Shown here piece by piece: positions 48,341-57,614 of a DNA stretch of 64,000 bases. How positions within the stretch are numbered: position 1 is the stretch's first letter; the number at the start of each line of letters is the position of its first letter. Source of the stretch: Saprospiraceae bacterium (lineage in GTDB: Bacteria; Bacteroidota; Bacteroidia; Chitinophagales; Saprospiraceae); the NCBI GenBank assembly GCA_016717265.1, contig JADKFX010000001.1, positions 1,590,387 through 1,654,386 of the forward strand, read 5' to 3'. The notes beneath the pieces were generated by a model. It saw only the letters and a list, made by a program, of their open reading frames with translations. It made no database searches and was not told the DNA's origin. The position numbers were made by a program, and so were the translations under genes.

Positions 48341-50018
48341 ATTCTTTATGTTCTTTATTAAGTTTACTATGTTTAGACCCATAGAAAAAATAGAGTACCA
48401 AACCGACTAATAGCCAGGATGCAAACCAAGCCCAATTATTGGCCGTCATCCCAGTAAGTAAATAAGAACAACTAGCAACGCCTAATAAAGGAATTAACGA
48501 AAGTTCATTTTTATAAGTAATAACAGATAACACGATTAATAAAATCCAGAAAAGAGTACTTGATATTTTGAATGTTTCGTTTTCACCATTAAAATTTAAA
48601 AGATTTTTAAAATAATCAGGAAAAATTAGTGAAATTAAAAAGAAACTAATGATCACCATTAATGGAAAAATAAATTTTCCGTTTATATAAATCAAATGAA
48701 ATCTTCCTACGATTTTTTCTTTTCGGGGAATTAATAAAATGCCGCCACAAACAAGTACAAAGGCAAAAAGTGTAGCAATACTTGTAAAATCCAAAACAAA
48801 GGTTTTATCTGTAAAGAGAATCGGTACACCCACTACGAGTCCGGTAACGATTGTGGCAAATGAAGGGGTTAAATACTTTGGATGTATTTTTTGAAATTCT
48901 TTTGGTAACAAACCGTCGCGACTCATACTCATCCAGATACGAGGTTGACCCATTTGAAAAACTAAAAGCACACTTGTCATAGCTACCACCGCAATAAAAG
49001 ATACAATCAACTGCATCCAGGCATTTTGCTTTACTTCAAAAATATATGCGAGTGGATCTCCAATACCATCAAATTGGCGATAATCTAATACACCGGTTAA
49101 TATTAATGCTAATAATATATAAATAAAAGTGCATATCACCAGGCTATAAATCATCCCTCTTGGTAAATCTTTTTGTGGGTTCTTACTTTCTTCTGCAAAT
49201 ACACTAATAGCATCAAAGCCAATGTATGCAAAAAAAACTCCACTGACAGCACTCATAACTCCTGTAAAACCATTCGGCATAAAAGATGCATTGCCTTCTG
49301 GATTTATTGGAAACCAATTCCCTGTATTAATATATAATGCGCCAATAGCAATTACTAAAAATACTACGAACAACTTTAATAAAACCATGATGTTGCTTAG
49401 ATTTTTAGATTCTTTTACGCCAATATAGACGAGGATGGTTATAAGTATATTAATAATTATGGCTGGAAGATCAAAAATAATTTTCAAACCTGCCAATTCT
49501 GGAGCCAGAGTCCATGCCTTGATTAATTCCTGATTTACGGATTGATTATGAAATGCTTTTTTTGCTTCCATATAACTGCAGCTAAGGTATTCCGGGATGT
49601 GTATATTCAATCTTTGGAGCATAGACGTAAAATAATCACTCCAAGAAAAAGCAACATAAATGTTACCAATTGAATATTCCATTAATAATGCCCATCCAAT
49701 GATCCAGGCTGCGAGTTCTCCAAAAGAAACATAAGCATAGGTGTAAGCGGATCCAGCTACTGGAATCCGGCTCGCGAATTCTGCATAACATAGAGCCGTA
49801 AATCCACAGGCAATTCCGGTTATTATAAAGAGGATCACTACTCCAGGCCCCCCTTTGAAGCAGGCTTCTCCTAAACTACTAAAACTTCCGGCCCCAATAA
49901 TAGCTGCAATGCCCAAGGCAGTAAGGTCTCTTACAGTTAAAATCTGGTGTAATTTTCCATGATGTATTTGATCAGAGAAGGAACTTAGTGATTTTTTTCG
50001 AAACAAGGACTTCAACAT
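48339..50018 (-). CDS. APC-superfamily amino acid permease (cationic amino acid transporter-like, about 14 TM)
   Basis: It has 'LTALGIAAIIGAGSFSSLGEA', 'YAEFASRIPVAGSAYTYAYVSFGE' and 'FAYIGFDAISVFAEESKNPQKDLPRG'. Confidence 0.85.
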   Translation of the reverse strand: MLKSLFRKKSLSSFSDQIHHGKLHQILTVRDLTALGIAAIIGAGSFSSLGEACFKGGPGVVILFIITGIACGFTALCYAEFASRIPVAGSAYTYAYVSFGELAAWIIGWALLMEYSIGNIYVAFSWSDYFTSMLQRLNIHIPEYLSCSYMEAKKAFHNQSVNQELIKAWTLAPELAGLKIIFDLPAIIINILITILVYIGVKESKNLSNIMVLLKLFVVFLVIAIGALYINTGNWFPINPEGNASFMPNGFTGVMSAVSGVFFAYIGFDAISVFAEESKNPQKDLPRGMIYSLVICTFIYILLALILTGVLDYRQFDGIGDPLAYIFEVKQNAWMQLIVSFIAVVAMTSVLLVFQMGQPRIWMSMSRDGLLPKEFQKIHPKYLTPSFATIVTGLVVGVPILFTDKTFVLDFTSIATLFAFVLVCGGILLIPRKEKIVGRFHLIYINGKFIFPLMVIISFFLISLIFPDYFKNLLNFNGENETFKISSTLFWILLIVLSVITYKNELSLIPLLGVASCSYLLTGMTANNWAWFASWLLVGLVLYFFYGSKHSKLNKEHKE

Positions 50019-50206
50019 ATTTAATAAATATTTAATATGATTTTAAGGATTGCTTGGTAAACATAGCTATTTTTTTATTCCTAAGGGAACTAGAATATGC
50101 TTTCTGTCCAAGTCAAGGTCTTGTAAATGATTTGTTATTGCCAGCGTTTCACAATTACTTTAGAGCAACCCTCAATTTTAGCTCCGTTCATTCATTCATT
50201 TTCCAA

Positions 50207-50214
50207 TATATTTG
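50207..50214 (+). promoter_or_regulatory. Candidate Bacteroidota -7 promoter box (TATATTTG) upstream of the decarboxylase gene
   Basis: It matches TAnnTTTG 30 nt upstream of the ATG at 50244. No clean -33 TTTG was seen. This is a motif match only. Confidence 0.3.
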
Positions 50215-50243
50215 TCCTCTTAATTTTTAAAGCAATTGCTTAG

Positions 50244-51644
50244 ATGGTAAATAAATATTTTGACCTCATTGATCAAACCTACTTTTTTCCTCAAGAAGGA
50301 TTTGACCTTGAAAAAGATGAATTGATTTTTAACGGTATTCCTGTTATGAATTTAATAGAAAAGTATGGAACACCTTTTAAGATGACCTATTTGCCAAGGA
50401 TTGGTGATCAAATTAAAAAAGCAAAAAACCTATTTAATAAATCCATAAAATCCTTGGATTATGATGGCAAATATTATTACTGTTATTGTACTAAATGTTG
50501 CCATTTTTCATATGTATTAAAAGAAGTTTTACAACATGATGTGCATTTGGAAACATCTTCTGCATTTGATATAGATTTAATTCTGAATCTTTATAAAAAT
50601 GGTCAAATTGATAAAGACCAAATTATTGTAAATAACGGTTATAAACCAAAACAATATTTGCAGAATATTGCAAATTTAATTAATTCTGGTTTTAAAAATG
50701 TAATCCCTGTCTGTGATAATATTTATGAGTTGGATCGCTTTAATGAACTCATACATAAAAAATGCAAAATGGGTATCCGGGTTGCAACAGAAGAAGAACC
50801 TAGCTTTGAATTTTATACCAGCCGACTTGGAATTCGTTCATCAGAAGTAGTTCAGTTTGCAAAAGAAAAATTCAAAAAAAATAAGAAATTTGAATTATAC
50901 ATGGTTCACTTTTTTGTAGATACTGGAATTAAAGATACAGCGTACTATTGGGGTGAATTAAAAAAAGGAATTAATGCCTATATCGAACTTAAAAAGCATT
51001 TTCCTTCAATTAAAGCAATCAATATAGGAGGTGGCTTGCCAATTAGAAATTCATTGGGGTTTGAATATGATCATAAGTATATGATTCATCAAATTGTAAA
51101 AATGATAAAAGATTCCTGCGAAGAAGCAGGTGTAGAGGATCCAGATATTTTTACAGAATTTGGAAAGTATACGGTCGGTGAAAGTGGAGCAACTATTTTT
51201 TCAGTATTAGAACAAAAGCAACAGAATGATTCTGAGATTTGGTATATGATCGATAATTCTTTAATGAACACATTGCCCGATAGTTGGGGTATTGCAGAGC
51301 GATTCATATTATTACCAATCAATAAATGGCATAATGATTATTGCCGTATTAATATCGGAGGTTTAAGTTGTGATAATTCTGATTATTATAATACGGAGGC
51401 TCAAAATCAACAATTATATTTACCAAGATATAGCAGAGATGATAAGGAAGCTTTATTTTTAGGATTCTTCCATACCGGTGCTTATCAAGATGCGTTATCT
51501 GGTTATGGTGGAATTAAACATTGTTTGATTCCATCTCCAAAACATATTTTAGTGGATCGTGATGAAAATGGAAATATTGTAGATTGGATTTATAGCGAAG
51601 AGCAAACATCTAAAGATATGCTCAAAATATTAGGATATAATTAA
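50244..51644 (+). CDS. speA: Alanine-racemase-fold (type III PLP) basic amino acid decarboxylase, probably arginine decarboxylase
   Basis: The PLP-Lys region is 'YYCYCTKCCHF' and the phosphate-binding loop is 'NIGGGLPI'. 'TEFGKYTVGESG', 'GGLSCDNSDYY' and 'FFHTGAYQDALSGYGG' are also present. Arginine specificity is inferred from the adjacent agmatinase gene. Confidence 0.7.
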   Translation: MVNKYFDLIDQTYFFPQEGFDLEKDELIFNGIPVMNLIEKYGTPFKMTYLPRIGDQIKKAKNLFNKSIKSLDYDGKYYYCYCTKCCHFSYVLKEVLQHDVHLETSSAFDIDLILNLYKNGQIDKDQIIVNNGYKPKQYLQNIANLINSGFKNVIPVCDNIYELDRFNELIHKKCKMGIRVATEEEPSFEFYTSRLGIRSSEVVQFAKEKFKKNKKFELYMVHFFVDTGIKDTAYYWGELKKGINAYIELKKHFPSIKAINIGGGLPIRNSLGFEYDHKYMIHQIVKMIKDSCEEAGVEDPDIFTEFGKYTVGESGATIFSVLEQKQQNDSEIWYMIDNSLMNTLPDSWGIAERFILLPINKWHNDYCRINIGGLSCDNSDYYNTEAQNQQLYLPRYSRDDKEALFLGFFHTGAYQDALSGYGGIKHCLIPSPKHILVDRDENGNIVDWIYSEEQTSKDMLKILGYN

Positions 51645-51787
51645 TACGTTTTGAACTAATTTTTTAATTTTTTCGTTAGAAGTTAATTCCTTCATTCAAG
51701 TATTTTTTTTATTCAATATACCCGAAATAAGAATGGAATTAAGTTTCCTGAAAATTTATTTTTATAGATTAATTGAAAACAAATATT

Positions 51788-52666
51788 ATGAAAGAGAGTG
51801 CAAAAACATATGCAGGTATTCCGGAGAAATATGCAAACTTTGATTTTGCTCAGGTCCTCTTAACGTCTATTCCATATGATGGCACCAGTACTTGGGGAAA
51901 AGGTGCAGATGAAGGTTTTAAAGCATTTATGAATGCTTCAGAGAATATGGAATTGTTTGATATTGAAACGATGTCTGAACCTTATAAAAAGGGTGTTTAT
52001 TTAGAAAAGCCATTAAAAGTTAAAAAACGAAGTCCAGAAGAAATGGTGGAGTTGGTTTATCAATATGCTTTGCAACAATTAAAGTCTGGTAAACTTCCGA
52101 CTTATTTTGGAGGAGAGCATAGCATTAGTATTGGATTGATTCGAGCTTTTGCAAAGAAATACAAAAACCTTACAGTGGTCCAATTAGACGCGCATACAGA
52201 CCTGAGACAAGAATATATGGGCACAAAATTTAATCATGCTTGTGCTTTAGCTGAAGCTCAGAAATATACAAATCTTCTTCAGGTGGGTATTCGCAGTATG
52301 GATATCAGTGAGAAAAAATTTTTAGAAAAGGACAAAGTATATTTTGCCCATAATATTATGGACAATGATTATTGGATGGAGGAATCCATTAAAAAGATGT
52401 CGGACAAAGTTTATATTACCTTGGATTTAGATGTATTTGATTCATCTTTAATGCCAAGTACGGGCACTCCAGAACCAGGTGGTATGGAATGGTATCAGGT
52501 TCTTCAATATCTTCGAATGATTTTTTTAAGGAAGCATGTAGTTGGTTTTGATATTGTTGAGCTGGCTCCAAATCCACATAACCAGGCGCCTGATTTTTTA
52601 GCCGCTAAATTGTACTATAAAATGTTGGCATATTATTTTGAAAGGAACAATCGGACAATCTCTTAA
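51788..52666 (+). CDS. speB: Agmatinase (ureohydrolase family)
   Basis: The Mn-binding motifs are 'FGGEHSIS', 'VQLDAHTDLR', 'ITLDLDVFD' and 'GFDIVELAP'. The ATG at 51788 is preferred over the TTG at 51773. Confidence 0.85.
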   Translation: MKESAKTYAGIPEKYANFDFAQVLLTSIPYDGTSTWGKGADEGFKAFMNASENMELFDIETMSEPYKKGVYLEKPLKVKKRSPEEMVELVYQYALQQLKSGKLPTYFGGEHSISIGLIRAFAKKYKNLTVVQLDAHTDLRQEYMGTKFNHACALAEAQKYTNLLQVGIRSMDISEKKFLEKDKVYFAHNIMDNDYWMEESIKKMSDKVYITLDLDVFDSSLMPSTGTPEPGGMEWYQVLQYLRMIFLRKHVVGFDIVELAPNPHNQAPDFLAAKLYYKMLAYYFERNNRTIS

Positions 52667-52740
52667 TTTTAAATTTGCGTAAATAATTTTAGCATAGCAT
52701 ATTAAATATATTGATAAACTTTAAATTCGTGTTAAAATTT

Positions 52741-52908
52741 AACTATTAACTATTAACTATTAACTATTAACTATTAACTATTAACTATTAACTATTAACT
52801 ATTAACTATTAACTATTGACTCTTAACTATTGACTCTTAACTATTGCCTCTTAACTATTGCCTCTTAACTATTGACTATTAACTCTTAACTCTTAATTAT
52901 TAATTACA
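52741..52908. repeat. Heptanucleotide tandem repeat: 24 units in all, comprising 11 perfect AACTATT units followed by 13 further units (six AACTATT interspersed with seven variant units)
   Basis: This was read directly from the sequence. (AACTATT)x11 spans 52741-52817. Then come (GACTCTT AACTATT)x2, (GCCTCTT AACTATT)x2, GACTATT, AACTCTT x2, AATTATT and AATTACA. The array ends 11 nt before the ATG at 52920. Confidence 0.97.
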
Positions 52909-52919
52909 AGTTCTAAACC

Positions 52920-53894
52920 ATGAATAAAGGTCCAGTTTCTCAATTTATTGAACATCATTATAGACATTTTAATGCAGCATCCCTTGTAGATGCGGCGAAA
53001 GGTTATGAGCTTCATTTAACAGAAGGAGGAAAAATGATGGTAACCTTGGCAGGAGCGATGAGTACTGCAGAATTAGGTGTATCTCTTGCAGAAATGATCC
53101 GTCAAGGCAAAGTTGATATTATATCTTGCACAGGTGCAAATCTTGAAGAAGATTTGATGAATCTAGTAGCACATTCTCATTATAAAAGAATACCAAATTA
53201 CAGAGATCTGACTCCCCAGCAGGAATGGGAATTGTTAGAGCAAGGATTAAATCGGGTTACAGACACGTGTATACCTGAAGAGGAGGCGTTTCGTCGATTG
53301 CAGAAACATATCTATGATTTATGGAAAAATGCAGATTCCAATGGAGATCGATATTTTCCACATCAATATATGTATCAAATGTTATTAAGCGGAGTATTAA
53401 AGCCCTATTACGAAATTGATCCAAAGGATTCCTGGATGATCGCGGCAGCAGAACGCAATTTGCCCATAGTGTGCCCGGGATGGGAAGATAGTACCATGGG
53501 AAATATATTTGCTTCGTATATTATAAAAGGAGCACTTAAAGCAAGTACCATGAAAAGTGGCATTGAATACATGGTTTATTTATCTGAATGGTATAGGGAA
53601 AATTCAGGAGGGAAAGGAGTTGGTTTTTTTCAAATTGGAGGAGGCATAGCGGGGGATTTTCCGATTTGTGTTGTCCCTATGATGTACCAGGATTTAGAAT
53701 GGCACGATGTTCCATTTTGGTCTTACTTCTGTCAAATATCAGATTCTACAACTTCTTATGGATCTTATTCTGGAGCAGTTCCTAATGAAAAAATAACCTG
53801 GGGCAAATTAGATATAGACACCCCTAAATATATTATTGAAAGTGATGCTACAATTGTAGCACCTTTAATATTTGCCTGGATCCTTGGCTGGTAA
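52920..53894 (+). CDS. Deoxyhypusine synthase-like protein (candidate homospermidine synthase)
   Basis: The length and layout fit the bacterial DHS family ('MVTLAGAMSTAELG', 'IISCTGANLEEDL', 'GGGIAGDFPI', 'IESDATIVAPLIFAW'). It sits in a cluster with arginine decarboxylase and agmatinase. Confidence 0.75.
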   Translation: MNKGPVSQFIEHHYRHFNAASLVDAAKGYELHLTEGGKMMVTLAGAMSTAELGVSLAEMIRQGKVDIISCTGANLEEDLMNLVAHSHYKRIPNYRDLTPQQEWELLEQGLNRVTDTCIPEEEAFRRLQKHIYDLWKNADSNGDRYFPHQYMYQMLLSGVLKPYYEIDPKDSWMIAAAERNLPIVCPGWEDSTMGNIFASYIIKGALKASTMKSGIEYMVYLSEWYRENSGGKGVGFFQIGGGIAGDFPICVVPMMYQDLEWHDVPFWSYFCQISDSTTSYGSYSGAVPNEKITWGKLDIDTPKYIIESDATIVAPLIFAWILGW

Positions 53895-53904
53895 AACGAA
53901 GGAT

Positions 53905-54345
53905 TTAATCTAAAGGTGGATTATCTTCTTCATCCTCGTACATAGGAGCCTCATTTCTTTGTTCTGCAGTTGGAGCAGAAGGATGTTCGCTTTCTTTAGC
54001 TTTTACACTTTTTGTAGCATGTGGAACCAACAATAAACGTTGTTTTTCAATTAATTCACCGGAAACAAGGCAAATTCCATAAGTTTTATTCTTGATTCTG
54101 ATCAAAGCCATTTCCAGATTTTGGATAAACTGCTTTTGTCGTTCAGCCATCTTTGTAAGAAACTCAATTTCAGTGTGTATGGAACTGTCATCAAACCAAT
54201 CACCACCTTGTTCGTCAGCCATATTATCTCGCAACTCCATCATTTGTTGCTCAATATCATCTAGCTCGCGTTTGGTGCTCTCAAGTTTGTCATCAATGAC
54301 TTTCTTAAATTCCATCAATTCTTCATCGGAATATCTGGTTTTCAT
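53905..54345 (-). CDS. TraR/DksA-family regulator (Cys-less Bacteroidota type)
   Basis: A coiled-coil N-half is followed by 'IRIKNKTYGICLVSGELIEKQRLLLVPHATKSV', typical of DksA-like proteins that lack the C4 zinc finger. The ATG at 54345 is preferred over the TTG at 54366. Confidence 0.7.
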   Translation of the reverse strand: MKTRYSDEELMEFKKVIDDKLESTKRELDDIEQQMMELRDNMADEQGGDWFDDSSIHTEIEFLTKMAERQKQFIQNLEMALIRIKNKTYGICLVSGELIEKQRLLLVPHATKSVKAKESEHPSAPTAEQRNEAPMYEDEEDNPPLD

Positions 54346-55196
54346 GTTTATATAATTTTGCGCCAAAATTAGATATATATCTATTTCCTAATTGTAAAAT
54401 TTTCATAATAAAAATAATATAATTATAATATATTAATAATCAAATATATACATATATTATAAATATTATATAAGTGTATAATTATCGCAATATTTGGATA
54501 TCTTATAAAGGTTTTAAGGCTTATGATCTAATTTAGAATCAATTTTTGGAGTCCATACAACAAATAATTTAAGGGTTTTCAGTCAATTCATAGAATTCAC
54601 TTTTCGAATCCTTAGTTTTCATAAAGGATGCAAGAAGAAGTGATTGCAAATTAATTCTTTAAAAATTTAACGTTTTTTATATTGAATTATCAAAATATTA
54701 CTGCAAATTTGCACTAGAATGTTAACCGATTGATTTTTAACACAACATTCACCTTTCAACTTCAAACAACGAAAATCTTATTAGGAACTTTTTTGTTTCT
54801 TTAGTAAGCTTATTATTTAGTTTATAAAGTAAACAAGAAATTTGGCTTGATGTAATTATTTAATTGCTCAAAATGGAATGGAGAATTTTTTCCATTTCTA
54901 TTAACTTGATTCCGATCACAAGGAAACATTCGTTAAATTTTTGATAACAATTGGTAATACACATATAGATTTTTTATATTTGTAAGATATTTAGTCCATG
55001 AACATATTAATCCATTTATTCCATGAAAAATCTGTTTAAAAAACGGTCTTCAAAAACAGAAGACAAAACAGAAGAAAAAAGAAACTTTTTTAAAGGACGG
55101 AAAGAAAATCCGGAATCTGATCAAGTAATTGAAACTAAACCCAAAGGCGATTTCCTAGAAACCGATGAGGATCTAGGTTATTGTTAAGTTTTATTT

Positions 55197-56240
55197 CTAG
55201 AATAATTTCTTCTTTTTTAGGAATGCAATCATTCCTATGACTACAATGGTTATACCGATCCACCAGGTTAAGTAACCGTATTTCCATTTAAGCTCTGGCA
55301 TGTTCTCAAAATTCATACCATATACTCCCGTGAAAAATAAGATAGGAATTGAAATGGTGGATACAACAGTTAACCATTTCATATCTTTATTCATGTTCAG
55401 ATTCGCTTTACTTAAGATCAATTCCCGCAATCCATTTAAAAGTTCTCTTTGGTTATCCAAAGATTCAATTAAATGTTGAATATTATCTTGAAGATCTCTA
55501 AGGAAGATAAAAGTGGCTTCATCTATTAAATTAGATTCTAATTTTTTAATTTTACTAACCTCTTCCCGCAATGGGAAAATATATCGCTTTAAACTTATGA
55601 TGTGATTTCTTAATACATGAAGTTCATCCAACTTTAAATCTAAATCTTCTCTTAAAACGCGATCTTCCAGGATCTCTATTTCATCGTGAAACGCTTCTAC
55701 CACTAAATAGTATTTGTCTACCACATAATCTATGATAGCATAAAATAGATAATCACTATTCCTGTTTCTTATACGGGATAAATCCATATGCATCCGATCT
55801 CTGATTATAGCAAACGTATCATCTGGATTTTCTTGAAAGCTAATAAGTAAATGTTTTGTACAGTATATTGCAATTTGTTCTTTTATGAATTCCTTATTTA
55901 TCTTGTTATATTCAACATGATGGATAATTGCAAATATGGCGGAATCATAATCTTCGATTTTTACTCTTTGGCCTGGATCCAAAATATCTTCAAGAATCAA
56001 GCGATGAATTCCAAATCGTTCTCCGATATTTGCAATCAGGTTGACATCATGAATTCCTTTTAAATCTAACCAATAGTGAAATCCATTTTCAAAATTTATA
56101 TGCAGACATTGATTTTGGTGGATCTCCAATAATTGCTGTGAATTATACTTTAAACCACTTAAAACGGGTGTTTCTTTTTTTGCTTCTCCTGTATAAATAA
56201 GACTTCCGGGGGATAAACCAACTTTTTTCTTACGACTCAT
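55197..56240 (-). CDS. corA: Magnesium/cobalt transporter CorA
   Basis: It has 'YGMNFENMPEL' (GMN motif) between two C-terminal TM helices and ends in a basic tail. Confidence 0.9.
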   Translation of the reverse strand: MSRKKKVGLSPGSLIYTGEAKKETPVLSGLKYNSQQLLEIHQNQCLHINFENGFHYWLDLKGIHDVNLIANIGERFGIHRLILEDILDPGQRVKIEDYDSAIFAIIHHVEYNKINKEFIKEQIAIYCTKHLLISFQENPDDTFAIIRDRMHMDLSRIRNRNSDYLFYAIIDYVVDKYYLVVEAFHDEIEILEDRVLREDLDLKLDELHVLRNHIISLKRYIFPLREEVSKIKKLESNLIDEATFIFLRDLQDNIQHLIESLDNQRELLNGLRELILSKANLNMNKDMKWLTVVSTISIPILFFTGVYGMNFENMPELKWKYGYLTWWIGITIVVIGMIAFLKKKKLF

Positions 56241-57564
56241 TTCTTGAATTGTTATTGTAACATTTAAAATACTTCACTAAAGTTTCTAATTTGCCATCCC
56301 AGGTTTTCCATTCAAATTTAAAATCAAAGGAGCTATTATGCCAAACTAAATGAAAGTGCCCATGATATTTCATGCAACTATCAAAGAGCTGTTTAATATC
56401 ATTCATGGCTTCATCCGAAGTTAATTTTGTATAATTTAAATAGGTTCGATCCATCGCATTTAAAGGATAAATTATAAGCGAAGTTTCATATTCAATTTCA
56501 ACATCATACCAATTAAATGATTTGCAAGTACCTGCTCTGAATCCTGATTGATCAGCATATCCAAGGCTGAAATCAAAAGTAATTTGATTTTTTATTAAAT
56601 TTTGGTATGTTTCTGGAAAAAGAATTTTGAGAAAATGCTGACGAGATTTATTTATTTCACCACCAAGAATTTTAGTTAGTAATGATTTTTCTTGTGCGAT
56701 AGTATCCGCTTTTATATTGGAAAAATAGGAGGGGTGAATTCCAATTTGAGCAAAGGTTTTTATATGATCCACAATGGATTTGATTGCCTCTAATTCTATA
56801 GCTTGATTTTTATCATATGCTGAATTTCCGCCGGCTAATATGAAAAAATGGATTTGATTCTTTTCAATGTTCAGAGATTCAATCCAATGATAAGAGTCAA
56901 ATGGATCTTTTTGAATCCCGGTATAGGTTAACATACGTTGTTTAAATTCTAAAAAATTTCCTAAAATGAATGCCCTGAAAGTTCCAACTATTTTTTTAAA
57001 AATGGATTTGTATTTAAATTTATAAAATTGATCAATATCAATTCCAATTGACCAGGATGGATTAATTTGAGCTTTAAGAATTTTAATTTGAAATTTCAAT
57101 TCAAGCTTTTGAATAAATTGAAAGACCCAAATATCTATAATGGGAATATTCAAGGCTTCATTTTTAAATAAGATACTTTGAGTTGCAGGAAACCGTCCGT
57201 GTTTATCCTTTGGAAAAGGTAAATATTCTTCAATTCTTGCAATCAGGTAAAATAGCGCAGCAAACAAATCAAAGGAACGAGAATCTGTAGTCGGGAATAA
57301 TATAAAATCTACAGATTTATTTAATTTGGGTATCTGCTCATAATCTTTTAGCTTCTTATATAACCAGCCACTTTCAAACAAAAATACTTCGGATCCTTTT
57401 AAGGGAAATTGACTGTAATTTATAGAAGGGCCTTCAAAAGCCAGATATTCCTCTTTTGATTGCGTTCGTTGCAAATCCCAAGCATTGCTGTAAGCTTTAA
57501 TAAAACGGATCACATACTCCAGTCTTGGATGCTGCGTTTGAGAATAGAGTAGGACTTTAATCAA
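56230..57564 (-). CDS. Hypothetical protein, possibly polysaccharide-deacetylase-like
   Basis: There is only a weak resemblance ('SRQHFLKILFPETYQNL', 'GYADQSGFRAGTCKSFNWYD'). It overlaps the corA start by 11 nt. Confidence 0.35.
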   Translation of the reverse strand: MIKVLLYSQTQHPRLEYVIRFIKAYSNAWDLQRTQSKEEYLAFEGPSINYSQFPLKGSEVFLFESGWLYKKLKDYEQIPKLNKSVDFILFPTTDSRSFDLFAALFYLIARIEEYLPFPKDKHGRFPATQSILFKNEALNIPIIDIWVFQFIQKLELKFQIKILKAQINPSWSIGIDIDQFYKFKYKSIFKKIVGTFRAFILGNFLEFKQRMLTYTGIQKDPFDSYHWIESLNIEKNQIHFFILAGGNSAYDKNQAIELEAIKSIVDHIKTFAQIGIHPSYFSNIKADTIAQEKSLLTKILGGEINKSRQHFLKILFPETYQNLIKNQITFDFSLGYADQSGFRAGTCKSFNWYDVEIEYETSLIIYPLNAMDRTYLNYTKLTSDEAMNDIKQLFDSCMKYHGHFHLVWHNSSFDFKFEWKTWDGKLETLVKYFKCYNNNSRNES

Positions 57565-57614
57565 CTTATTTCAAAATTAATACCGACTTTTTAAAAAATT
57601 TGTACTTTTAGGAT

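Noticed and set aside
52741-52908. A CRISPR array or minisatellite-encoded peptide as explanations for the heptamer array
   Set aside because: The units are 7 nt with no spacers, so this is not CRISPR. Every unit contains TAA, so no reading frame on the plus strand can be open across it.
57565-57614. An Mg2+ (M-box) riboswitch controlling the corA operon
   Set aside because: Only 50 nt separate the divergent genes. corA itself overlaps the upstream ORF, so there is no room for a ~160-nt M-box.
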